Shown: in pieces, positions 1-9,353 of the stretch
How the letters are laid out: every line of letters starts with the position of its first letter
How positions within the stretch are numbered: the stretch's first letter is position 1
Origin: Thecamonas trahens ATCC 50062
Lineage: Eukaryota; Protista; Apusomonadida
Length of the DNA: 64,000 nucleotides
NCBI RefSeq assembly: GCF_000142905.1
Contig: NW_013657672.1
Location: forward strand, 266,244 to 330,243
Direction of reading: 5' to 3'
The notes under the pieces: model-generated
Told to the model about the DNA's origin: nothing
Database searches by the model: none
What the model saw: only the letters and a program-made list of their open reading frames with translations
Position numbers and translations under genes: made by a program

Positions 1-1
1 C

Positions 2-2515
2 GAGGAGGATGCGATGTCGCTAACTGCGATCGGCGGGCACACCCACGCGTACGACATGCCGCAGCGGGCCCAGATGAGGTTCAACATCTCGGAGCTCTTT
101 GCTCCGCCGCTGGAAGCCGCGGGCGGCAACGGCACGAGTGGCAACAGCAACGGACACGGGAGCAACGGGCATAGTGGCCATGGGGCTACTAACGGGCACG
201 CCAATGGGATCGCCAACGGACGCGGAAGCGGACGCGGAAGCGGAAGCGGGAGCGGAAGCGGAAGCGGAAGCGGAAGCTCTGGCATCAGCTTCAGCTCGGG
301 CGAGTCGGTGGTGTACAAGGGTGTGTTTAATGGCTCACGCTTTGTAGACGTCAAGCACGAGGCAGTAGGCGAGTTTTACTCGCACGCGGCGTATGTGCTT
401 GTCTCAGCTGGCGACGACAGGCGGAGTGCGACGGCGTACTTTTGGGAAGGCGCACACGCACCAAAGAAGGCCTGGCTCGCGTTTCAGTTTGGGACTGCGG
501 CGTATGTGGAGCGGCTGCTTGACCTCGGCTTTGGCGTCCACACGCGACCGACTCGCGTGACACAGCAGCACGAGCCGCCGGCGCTTCTCTCTGCGCTCGG
601 CTCTGCCGTAGTGGTCTACAACTCGACTCGCGAGGCTTGGCCAGACGAGATCAACGGCCTGGCGAATCGCGACGAGCTTGCACCCGAGGACGACGAGTAC
701 TACTCGGACGACGAGGATGGCGATGGCGGCATCGGAGCTGATGGCGACGGCAGCGGCAACGACGACGACGACGACGACGACGATGAGTACGTGTACGAGG
801 AGGTGGACGACGACGACGATGATGATGACGACGACGACGACGACGATGATGACGACGACGATGAGGTCTTTGTTCAGGTTGCGCGGCGGCGGGCAAAGGC
901 TGCCGGCAAGGATCCCGAGGAAGCCGAGGAAAAGGCACGCGAGCTGCTTGCAGCGCGGCGGGCAGCGGCCGACAACGAGGACGATGACGGTGACGAGGAG
1001 AGCGATGACGAGGACGACGAGGAGATGGACTCTGACCTCGAGGGCGCGTCATCGTCGGGCTCGACTGTGGAAGGCAGCGAGCTCGGTGTGATGGAGACAT
1101 CGTTTGCAGCGGCGACGGCCGGAGTGTGGCGGCGGTCGATGGCTGTCGAGGCCGAGGCGCCGGTCAAGAAGCGGCGGCGACGGCGGCGGCGAATCAAGCA
1201 GAAGGTTGCGGTGGAGCTGTCAACGGTCGTGGATGCTACGCGTAAGGCCAGCGAGGCCCAGCGATGGACAACACCGCGGCTGTTCCAAGTCCAAGTCGTG
1301 CCGACAGCCTCGGGTGCGGCGGTGCGGGTGCTGCAAGTTGAGGCGCGGACCTCTGTGCTCCGCGCAGCGCCATCCGCCACGTTTGTGCTCCGCGCCCGGA
1401 ACCGAGTTCTTGTCCGCGGCGAGCTTGCGAATGCGTCACTGCTGGAGGCAGCAGTAGGCATGGTCGATGTGTGCGGGACGGCAAGCGTGAAGCATGTGAC
1501 CGGCGCAGTTCCGAGTGCGATGGCGGAGCATTTGACGGTCGACGACGCCGCCGCCAGCGCTTCCAAGGTCGACAACAGCAGCAGGGACGTCGGAAGCGGT
1601 GGAAACCAAGGGAGCGGGCGGCTGTTTGCGGCCGAGCTCGCGGCTAACGTGTTTTCGCTCACCGAGGTTATCGACTACTCGCAGGGCGATCTCGAGGACC
1701 GTGCCGTGGCGCTTGTGGACTCGGGAGCCGGCCCGGTGTATGTGTGGACTGGGAGCCGCGCGGCAGAGAAAAAGGTGCGACTGGCGCGGGCGGCAGCTGA
1801 GGCGTTTGCCGAAGCAACCGGCCGATGTGGGCGAGTTGTGTCGGTGGCGCAGGGCGATGAGCCTGTCGAGTTCCAGGCGCTCTTCCTGGGGTGGGACGCG
1901 TCGCTGTTTGAGTCCCAGTTTGTGGATCCGTACGCGGAGCGGTGGGAGGCAGTGGTTGCGAGCTGGCGCGAGGCCGCGCGGGCAACAGCACGGCGACGGG
2001 CCAAGGAGCGAGCCGAGGCCCGCAAGCGTGCTGCAGCTGCACGAGCCAGCGAAGAGGCCGCGCGGCGGTCATCGCTCGAGGCCGAGGCGTCGGCAAAGTC
2101 TGCGCACAAATCGCTGCTCTCGGCAACAATGACCGAAATGGCAGCCGAGAGCAGCCGGAGGCGGTCGTCGGCAGCCGAGGCCAAGGTCGATGCCGAGCGC
2201 GCGACGCGGATGGCCAAGCTCAAAGCACGACGCGAGGCCGCAGCGGCGGCAGCGGCGGCTGAAGAGGCGGCGTACCAGCGTGAGCGCGACGAAGCGCGCC
2301 GCATCGCCCGCGAGCGAGCTGCCGAGCTCGAGCGGGCGCGCGAGCTCAAGAAGCAGGAGATTCGCGCCAAGCGTGAGGCCCGGCGTGCCCAGATGGCTGC
2401 CGCCGAAGAGGCTGAGCTCTCTGCTGCTGTCGCTGACACGCAGCGGATCGAGGCCGACAGAGCGAGGCGCCGGGCTGAACTCCGTGAGGCCCGGCGGGCC
2501 GAGCGGGCCATTTAG
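2..2515 (+). CDS. Gelsolin/villin-family protein, 5'-partial, with acidic insert and charged helical tail
   Basis: Gelsolin-repeat motifs GEFYSHAAYVLV...AYFWEG...RVTQQHEPPALL and QGDLEDRAVALVDSG..VYVWTGS...VAQGDEPVEFQALFLGWD. The frame is open from base 2, so the start may lie upstream of the window. Confidence 0.8.
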   Translation, partial: EEDAMSLTAIGGHTHAYDMPQRAQMRFNISELFAPPLEAAGGNGTSGNSNGHGSNGHSGHGATNGHANGIANGRGSGRGSGSGSGSGSGSGSSGISFSSGESVVYKGVFNGSRFVDVKHEAVGEFYSHAAYVLVSAGDDRRSATAYFWEGAHAPKKAWLAFQFGTAAYVERLLDLGFGVHTRPTRVTQQHEPPALLSALGSAVVVYNSTREAWPDEINGLANRDELAPEDDEYYSDDEDGDGGIGADGDGSGNDDDDDDDDEYVYEEVDDDDDDDDDDDDDDDDDDDEVFVQVARRRAKAAGKDPEEAEEKARELLAARRAAADNEDDDGDEESDDEDDEEMDSDLEGASSSGSTVEGSELGVMETSFAAATAGVWRRSMAVEAEAPVKKRRRRRRRIKQKVAVELSTVVDATRKASEAQRWTTPRLFQVQVVPTASGAAVRVLQVEARTSVLRAAPSATFVLRARNRVLVRGELANASLLEAAVGMVDVCGTASVKHVTGAVPSAMAEHLTVDDAAASASKVDNSSRDVGSGGNQGSGRLFAAELAANVFSLTEVIDYSQGDLEDRAVALVDSGAGPVYVWTGSRAAEKKVRLARAAAEAFAEATGRCGRVVSVAQGDEPVEFQALFLGWDASLFESQFVDPYAERWEAVVASWREAARATARRRAKERAEARKRAAAARASEEAARRSSLEAEASAKSAHKSLLSATMTEMAAESSRRRSSAAEAKVDAERATRMAKLKARREAAAAAAAAEEAAYQRERDEARRIARERAAELERARELKKQEIRAKREARRAQMAAAEEAELSAAVADTQRIEADRARRRAELREARRAERAI
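760..862 (+). repeat. (GAC/GAT)n trinucleotide repeat encoding poly-Asp
   Basis: Directly visible. A (GGAAGC)n Gly-Ser repeat also lies at about 223-277. Confidence 0.95.
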
Positions 2516-2608
2516 GGCGTTAGCAGCGTGCTATTATGGTTCTGGATGGCGATAAAGTGAGGAAAAAGTTCAGCTTGTGCGGGAGGAGGGGTGTCGACAG
2601 GAAGGGGG

Positions 2609-2649
2609 GCTCGGGCTGGAGCAAACAAGCTCGGGCTGGAGCAAACAAG
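2609..2649. repeat. Perfect 20-bp tandem duplication GCTCGGGCTGGAGCAAACAA x2
   Basis: Directly visible in intergenic DNA. Confidence 0.9.
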
Positions 2650-3189
2650 ATGAGCGTCAGAACCAGAAACCCCAAACTTTTTCGGGTGCTGAATACAGTT
2701 TGACCTCTCAGCTATAAACTTATATATATTTATTCTTGCTAAAATATCATTATATGTAATGGTCACTAATTTTTTTATTTTGTGATGAATATACATTGTG
2801 TAGTATATAAATGTATTAAATTGATGGTTTTGGTTCTGTTTCTTGGCTTTTTATTGCCTAAATCGACTCCGACTCCGCTCCTCTCCACCACACGAATAGC
2901 CCTGCTCAGCCTGCGCCTTGCCAAGCCGGGCGCCCGCAAGCACCATAGGGCACTTCCAAGTCGCTACAAAGCATGAACCCAAGTAACTGACACTATGGTT
3001 TGTCCATCCATGTGTTTCAGGTCACCGATGCCAGCTGGGACGGCGAATAACTGTGGCCGCGGCAGACAGCGGGAAGAAACCCGCGACGTTCCACCACCGG
3101 TTCTTCCACCTGCCACCAAACACACACCTCCCACAGCATAGTGGCATGCCGTCCAGAGCCACTCCTCTCCCGACCAACACGGCATCCGC

Positions 3190-4977
3190 ATGGCAGACAA
3201 CGTGGCGTACACGGTTGAGTACGCCCGTACCGGACGAGCTGGATGCAAGCTGCGGACCAAGAGCCGCAAATGCCCTGTGGGCAAGATCGACAAGGGCGTC
3301 CTCCGCATCGGCCGTGTCAAGCCCTCGTTCATGAGCGATGACGACGATGCAGTCTTCACCGAATGGTTCCACGTCCCGTGCTGGTTTGACGTCCAGTCAC
3401 GCATGCGCGCCACGTCGCGTAAAGTCGAGTCGACCGACGACCTCGACGGCTTCGAGGCGCTCACCGACGCCGACAAGGCTCTCATTGGCCAGTACATCGA
3501 CAAGCGGCGGTCGATCGACAACGACATGGCTGCGCTCGCCTCGGCACGCCCACCTCCCCAGCCGGCAGCTGCAGCCAAACGCCCGCTGGCTGAGCCAGTC
3601 GCTGCTCCGCCGGCCAAGCGCCAGCGGCCGCTGGCTGACGCCGGCGACCTCGCCGCCGCGGCGCTCGCGGCCGGCAAGCGCATCTGCCGCTACGGGGCCA
3701 GCTGCTACCGGGAAAACCCGGACCATCTCCGTGACTACTGGCATCCACCAGGCTCGCGGGCTGATGGCCTCACGCCGCAGCCGCAGCCTGCAGTCCCGGT
3801 TGTCCACGCGCTGCCGCCGCCGCTGCCCGCATCCGTTCCGGGCTCTGGCATCGACATGGCCGCGGCCGCAGGCATCGAGGCCTCCATCGCAGCCAAGACT
3901 TCAGCGTTTACCGGCACAGCCTCGGCGCCGCTCATCGAACTCAAGCTCCACGGCAACTACAACGCCGACATCACCGACCTGCTGGAGGAGCTGGGCAAGA
4001 TCGAGAAGAACAAGGGCAACGTCAACAAGCACAAGGCGTACATGCAAGCTGCTACCTCGCTGCAAATGCTCCCGCGACGAGTCACCTCAGGCGCCGACGC
4101 CAAGAGTCTCGACGGCGTCGGCACTAAGATCGCCGCCAAGATTGACGAGATCCTCGCCACTGGCAAGCTCGGCTCGCTCGAGCGCGCCAAGGCCGACAAG
4201 CAGCTAGTGGCTCTCAGCGAGGTGTGCAAGGTCGACGGCATTGGACCGGTCCTTGCCCGCAAGCTTGTCTACGAGCGAGGCGTGATGTCGCTTAGTGACC
4301 TCGCGCCACACGTGGACTCGTTTACCACCTACCAGCGCGCTGGCCTCAAGTACTTTGACGAGTTCCGCCAGCGCATCCCGCGCCTTGAAGTTGAGGAGCT
4401 TGAGCGCATTGCTTTTTCTGTCCTCCCGTCCATCGACATCCGCCTCCGCGCCACCGTGTGCGGCTCGTACCGCCGCGGCGCAGCCACCTGTGGCGACATC
4501 GACGTCCTCCTTACTCACCCAGACTGGACCTCGTCCCGCAAGGGCCAGCCGCCGTTCCTCGCCGCCTGGGTGGCACAGCTCAAGGCCATTGGCTTTCTCA
4601 CCGACGAACTCGGCCTTGGCTCGCACAAGTACACCGGCGTCTGCATCCTGCCCGAGTCTTCGCCGCTCGCGCCGCCGCGCCTCCACCGCCGCATCGACAT
4701 CCTCTGGGTTCCCTACGACCACTTTTACTTTGGTCTTCTCTACTTTACTGGCTCGGGCTTTTTCAACATCCAGATGCGCCGCATTGCTCTCGACCTTGGC
4801 TACACCCTCAACGAGCACGGTATGATGCCCATCGACAAAGAGACCGGTGCTGTAATCGGCGACTCGGTCAAAGTCAACTCGGAGGAAGACATCTTCCGCC
4901 TCCTCAACATGGCATACAAATCGCCGCCGGAGCGCGACCTCGCCTCGCACTGGAAGCCGACTATGCCAGGCTCGTAG
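3190..4977 (+). CDS. POLB: DNA polymerase beta (family X) with N-terminal zf-PARP and PBZ zinc fingers
   Basis: zf-PARP: VEYARTGRAGCK...C...WFHVPC. PBZ: CRYGASCYRENPDHLRDYWHP. Lyase HhH: LDGVGTKIAAKIDEILATGKL. Catalytic motifs GSYRRG..TCGDIDVLL, RRIDI and YFTGS..FN. Confidence 0.93.
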   Translation: MADNVAYTVEYARTGRAGCKLRTKSRKCPVGKIDKGVLRIGRVKPSFMSDDDDAVFTEWFHVPCWFDVQSRMRATSRKVESTDDLDGFEALTDADKALIGQYIDKRRSIDNDMAALASARPPPQPAAAAKRPLAEPVAAPPAKRQRPLADAGDLAAAALAAGKRICRYGASCYRENPDHLRDYWHPPGSRADGLTPQPQPAVPVVHALPPPLPASVPGSGIDMAAAAGIEASIAAKTSAFTGTASAPLIELKLHGNYNADITDLLEELGKIEKNKGNVNKHKAYMQAATSLQMLPRRVTSGADAKSLDGVGTKIAAKIDEILATGKLGSLERAKADKQLVALSEVCKVDGIGPVLARKLVYERGVMSLSDLAPHVDSFTTYQRAGLKYFDEFRQRIPRLEVEELERIAFSVLPSIDIRLRATVCGSYRRGAATCGDIDVLLTHPDWTSSRKGQPPFLAAWVAQLKAIGFLTDELGLGSHKYTGVCILPESSPLAPPRLHRRIDILWVPYDHFYFGLLYFTGSGFFNIQMRRIALDLGYTLNEHGMMPIDKETGAVIGDSVKVNSEEDIFRLLNMAYKSPPERDLASHWKPTMPGS

Positions 4978-6384
4978 TCGTAATCCGCATCCCGCCCTCG
5001 CCACTGCAGACTGTGGCCAAAACACGCACGCTGCCAGCCGCCGCTGCTCCCACCGCTGCCGCAGCAACAGCCCCCCGCACACCGCATCTGCGCTTCCGCA
5101 GCTGGCTCCAGCAGCTTCATCCTCGGTCAGCAGCTGCGTCACAACGCCGGTCATCAGGCTCGCTACCACCAGCTCAGCCCCGACAGCCAGACTCCGCATC
5201 GTGCCATGGGCCGAAAACGCCTCTTGCAGCGACGAGCTAGCTGCAAGCAACTCGGCATGGCTTGTCACACCACTTGCGGCCACTTGCAGTCCTTCATCAC
5301 CCGCCGCTGCTCTTGCGCACAAATAAGCCTCCCACTGCGGATGGTCCTTGCTGTTGCCGCTTTTGTCACCGGCGTCCGGCCAGACTGCGCTCGCTGCCAC
5401 TGCCCCGTCGGCGTTGCTGCCAGGCAGGGCGATGAGCACCTGCGGCCGACAGGTTCCGCTGGCATAAATGCCTTCTGTAAGCGTAGCAAGTGCTCTCCCG
5501 CCCGCCAGCACCACTGAAAACGCAGACAGGTTGTCGAGTACGTCCGCCTCGTCGTCGACCCAGATCGCTACCCCACCAATGCGAAGCACGGCGAGGACAG
5601 CCTCAACTGTGGCCAGCAACGGCTGACCGACGACACAAACCCTCTCGCCCTTGACCACCCCGGCCGACTCCATCAGATTGAGTCCGAGACGAGATGTGAC
5701 GCTTTCAAGCTCGCCCCAGGTAGCCGACTCGCCGTTCGCCACCAAGGCCACCTCTGCCGGCCGTGCTGCCGCGTACCGCGGCAACATCAGCCGCACAGCA
5801 TTTGATTCGCACGGATCGGGCATGGGCACGACGGCCGATGGAAACGAGATGCTGCGGCCAAGATTCGCTCCAAAGAACAGCGCGTCATCGCGACCATTCT
5901 CGCAGTACGGCTCGATGGGCCGGAACCCGAGCTTGGTGGTGTACATCTGGACCGCCGACGCGAGGCACGGCAGTGTGTCAAGCTTGATGATGGTGTGCCC
6001 GGCCTGCGCCGCCGCGGCCATAATGGTGTGGCAGAGCCTGACTCCGAGCCCGGCCTTCCGCGCGCTCGGCACTACATAGAGGCGCTTCATCTCGGCCACG
6101 CCGGGCAGGAGCGTCTTGTATGCGACAATGCCCACCGGTGGATCGGCAGGCGAGTCGCCTGCCGTGGCCACCACAAGCAGCCCGCCGTTCTCCGGTGCGT
6201 ACTTGCCCGGCAGCGCATTAACCTCGGCCGTGAACGTCTGGAACGTCGCCGTCCGCAGGTCCAGGCCCGACACCTCGAACAGCTCGGCGGCGTACTCGTG
6301 GCAGAGCCACTGCGCCCCGCTGATCAGCGTTGACTCGCTCGTCGCCACGCAGTGCAGCGTGTACCCACCCGCAGCCTCGGTCAT
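4961..6384 (-). CDS. GNAT N-acetyltransferase fused to a degenerate AMP-binding (ANL) domain; probable frameshift at about 5071
   Basis: ATG at 6384. GNAT motifs LPGKYAP..G.LLV, AEMKRLYVVPSARKAGLG and KLDTL....A..MY..LGF. These are followed by an ANL-like N-terminus (RPAEVALV..GESATWGEL...GVVKGERV...AVLRIGGV). One extra G in the G6 run gives a natural stop at 4961 instead of read-through antisense to POLB. Confidence 0.75.
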
Positions 6385-6473
6385 TGCCTCAGCCTCGCGG
6401 TGCGAGTCAAGCGTGCCGCCGCCACGGCCGCAAGCAGCGCTCCCGCACACCTCGCTCTCTCTCCTCCGCCGCC

Positions 6474-7729
6474 ATGGCTGCCGCACCCACACCCGCACCC
6501 ACCATCCTCCCTGCCGTAGCCGCTGCTGCGCCGCACATGATTGCTCTCCGCCGTGACCTCCATGCCCACCCCGAGCTGGCCTTTGAAGAGACGGCCACCG
6601 CCGCACGGGTGGTTGACGAGCTTGCGGCCCACCCGGCGGTCTCCATCGAGTCCGGCGTGGCCGGCACCGGCGTCGTTGCCCGCATCACGCTCGGCTCCGG
6701 CGCCGGGTGCCACATTGCCTTGCGCGCAGACATGGACGCGCTTCCGGTGCGTGAGGCCTCGGACGCCCCGTACGCCTCGCAGATCGATGGCGTCTCGCAC
6801 GCCTGCGGCCACGACGGCCACGTCGCCATCCTCGTCACCGTCGCCTCCATCCTCGCCGCCGCCGCAGACGGCTCTGTCCCAGAGCTGGCCGGCTTGGACG
6901 GCACTGTCACCTGCATCTTCCAGCCCGCCGAAGAGGCCGGCGGTGGCGCCAGCTGCATGATTGAGGCCGAAGCCGCTGGCACCGTCACCCATGGCCTCAT
7001 TGCGGACGTCGACTCCATCTACGGCCTGCATTTGTGGAACTACCAGGCTCTTGGCACCGTCGGCGTTGCTTCCGGACCGGTTATGGCCAACTCGGACAAG
7101 TTTGATATTGCTGTTGTCGGCTCGGGCGGCCACGGCGCAACTCCGCATTCGGCCGTCGACGCCGTCGTCGTCGCCGGCTCTCTCATCACCGCTCTCCAGA
7201 CTGTTGTTGCCCGCAGCGTCGACCCACTAGCTTCGGCAGTCCTCTCGCTCGGTTTTGTTCGCGGTGGTTATGCTCACAATGTCATCGCCGACCGCGTCGA
7301 GCTCGGTGGCACCGTCCGCGCCCTCGATGACTCTGTCCGCGACACTGTTGCTGCGCGTATCCGCTCGGTCTGCAACGGCGTTGCGTCGACTTTCGGTGCC
7401 ACCATCGACTGCACCTACACTCACGGCTATCCGGCCACTGTCAACGCGCCGGAGCCGACTAAGCTTGTTGCTGCCGCCGCCAAAGACGTGGTCGGCTCAG
7501 CCGGCGTCACCGATCCGTACCGTACCCTCTGCGGCGAGGACTTTGCTTACTTTACCCGTGCCAAGCCGTCTTGCTCTTTTTTGTCGGCTCGGCGCCGGCC
7601 GCTGCTGGCCCGCCGGGCTCGCTCCCGCATCACAAGCCGTCGTTTGATTTTGACGAGGACGCCCTCGCCATCGGCGCCTCGGTCTTCCTCCGCATCGTGG
7701 CCCGCGCCCTCGCTTCTCCTCACTCCTGA
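6474..7729 (+). CDS. M20D family amidohydrolase (N-acyl-amino acid deacylase / IAA-amino acid hydrolase-like); frameshift at about 7575
   Basis: RRDLHAHPELAFEE, ALRADMDALP, HACGHDGH, FQPAEE and GEDF motifs. The conserved tail PHHKPSFDFDEDALAIG lies in another frame after a T run and ends at TGA 7727-7729. Confidence 0.9.
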
Positions 7730-8916
7730 CTGTACGACCGGTGTCGCGACCGCGACCGCGATCGCGACCGCGACCGCGACGCTCCCGGCGACTGCATTGG
7801 CGATCGTGCCGGGGACCCCTCCGCCGCTGTCGGGGATGCAGACTTCCCCGCCGGTCCCGCCTCGGCTGCCGGTTCGTCCGCGACAACCTCACTTGTTCTC
7901 TCGCCCTCGGTCGACGCCAGCAGCTCAGCCACAATCTCGGTGTGGCACTCGACGTCGCCCGCAGGGTGGTCGGGCTCGACCGGACCGATCACTCGCTCCA
8001 TAGCAGCCGCCAGTCCCTCAGCTGTCTTAAGCTCGACACGGCCCTTCCCATCGCGGATGACGACATAGCCGATGTCCGTCGACGCAAGCCCAGTCTTGGC
8101 CAGCACAAGCTCCTTGAGTGCCTTCCACGAATACCCGTCAGGAAGCCCGCCCGTGACATGGAGTACATACGGAAGCGGCGGGCCTGCAGACTTGGGCCGC
8201 CGCTGCTTCTTCTTGCGCTCCTTCTTCTTCTTCTTCCCCGCACTCTCCATCTGCGTGTGGGACGGCGGCGGCGATCGGCCACGTCCTCCTCGCGAGAACT
8301 GGTCGCGCTCGCGCGCTCCGTACGAAGTCAGCCGCCCGACAACGCCCCGCCCACTGTTGCGTCCACTGCGCCCACCACGATCACGCCCCCGGTCGTCGTA
8401 GCCACCACGGTCACGCCTGCGGTCGTCATACCCTCCACGGTCACGGTTCCGGTCGTCGTACCCTCCACGGTCGCGGTTCCGGTCGTCGTATCCACGTCCA
8501 CGGTCGCGGTTCCGGTCGTCGTATCCACGTCCACGGTCCCAATCCCGCCCACGATCACGGTCGCCGTAGCCGCTGTCCCGTGGCGAGACCTCGCGTGACC
8601 GTGACCGGCGCCGGTCTCCGTCGTCTCCCAACGAGCCGCGGCTCCTCCGCTGGCGATCGTCGCGCCCTCGGTCGCCGCCACGGTCGCTGCTGCGGTCGGC
8701 GGTCACCTCAACCGCAAGACGCGAGCCCCAGACGCTTGCGTTATCCAGCGACGCCATGGCATCGTGCGCATCCCGCTCGCGGTCCATTGACACAAAGGCA
8801 AAGCCCGCTGACGGTTTGACATACAGGTCCGTCACCCGTCCATACCGCTGGAACTCGCGCCGCACGTCGGCCTCGGACACGTTGTTGGTGATGTTGCGAA
8901 CGTAGAGGCGGACCAT
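7720..8916 (-). CDS. SR-family splicing factor (RRM, RD/RG repeats, pseudo-RRM, RS tail)
   Basis: RLYVRNI...GFAFVSM RRM. The second domain has SWKALKE, resembling the SWQDLKD pseudo-RRM motif. C-terminal RSRSRSRS. Confidence 0.85.
   Translation of the reverse strand: MVRLYVRNITNNVSEADVRREFQRYGRVTDLYVKPSAGFAFVSMDRERDAHDAMASLDNASVWGSRLAVEVTADRSSDRGGDRGRDDRQRRSRGSLGDDGDRRRSRSREVSPRDSGYGDRDRGRDWDRGRGYDDRNRDRGRGYDDRNRDRGGYDDRNRDRGGYDDRRRDRGGYDDRGRDRGGRSGRNSGRGVVGRLTSYGARERDQFSRGGRGRSPPPSHTQMESAGKKKKKERKKKQRRPKSAGPPLPYVLHVTGGLPDGYSWKALKELVLAKTGLASTDIGYVVIRDGKGRVELKTAEGLAAAMERVIGPVEPDHPAGDVECHTEIVAELLASTEGERTSEVVADEPAAEAGPAGKSASPTAAEGSPARSPMQSPGASRSRSRSRSRSRHRSYSQE
8385..8560 (-). repeat. 30-33 bp coding tandem repeat (RDRG[RG]GYDDR) about x5
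   Basis: Repeated ccggtcgtcgta.cc...cacggtc.cgg units. Confidence 0.85.
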
Positions 8917-9353
8917 ACTGCCCCCTCTCGTCCGTGGCAGCCCCACAGGCATGTGAGTCCCACCCCATGGGCAGACTCTCTGTATCCCGCCGTACCCCTC
9001 CACCCCGCGTACACTATCGGGCTCTCTTCCCGTCTACCCCCCCTCACCCCTACCTCACCCCTGCCTCCCCTCCCTACTTTCCCCCTACCTCCCCTCCCTC
9101 CCCTCCCTACTCCCTAACCCCATACCCACACCCTTAATTCGCCCAACCCCCCCCCACACACACCCTAACTCCCTTCTCCTTCTCGTCTTTCCATCCAGAC
9201 ACATACCTGTGTTACAACTGAGAGGGGTGCCCGACTACGTTGCTGTTGATCACCGTTTTCCTCTTCCCTCACCTCAACCGTCTTCGCTTCACCTTCACAC
9301 CTCTTCCCCACTCGCCGTGCACCTCTCTAACCCTCCTCCCCCCTCCTCCCGGC

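Noticed and set aside
4204-4960. C-terminal 250 aa of the 800-aa minus-strand ORF overlapping POLB
   Set aside because: Antisense shadow of POLB, reached only through a probable homopolymer frameshift.
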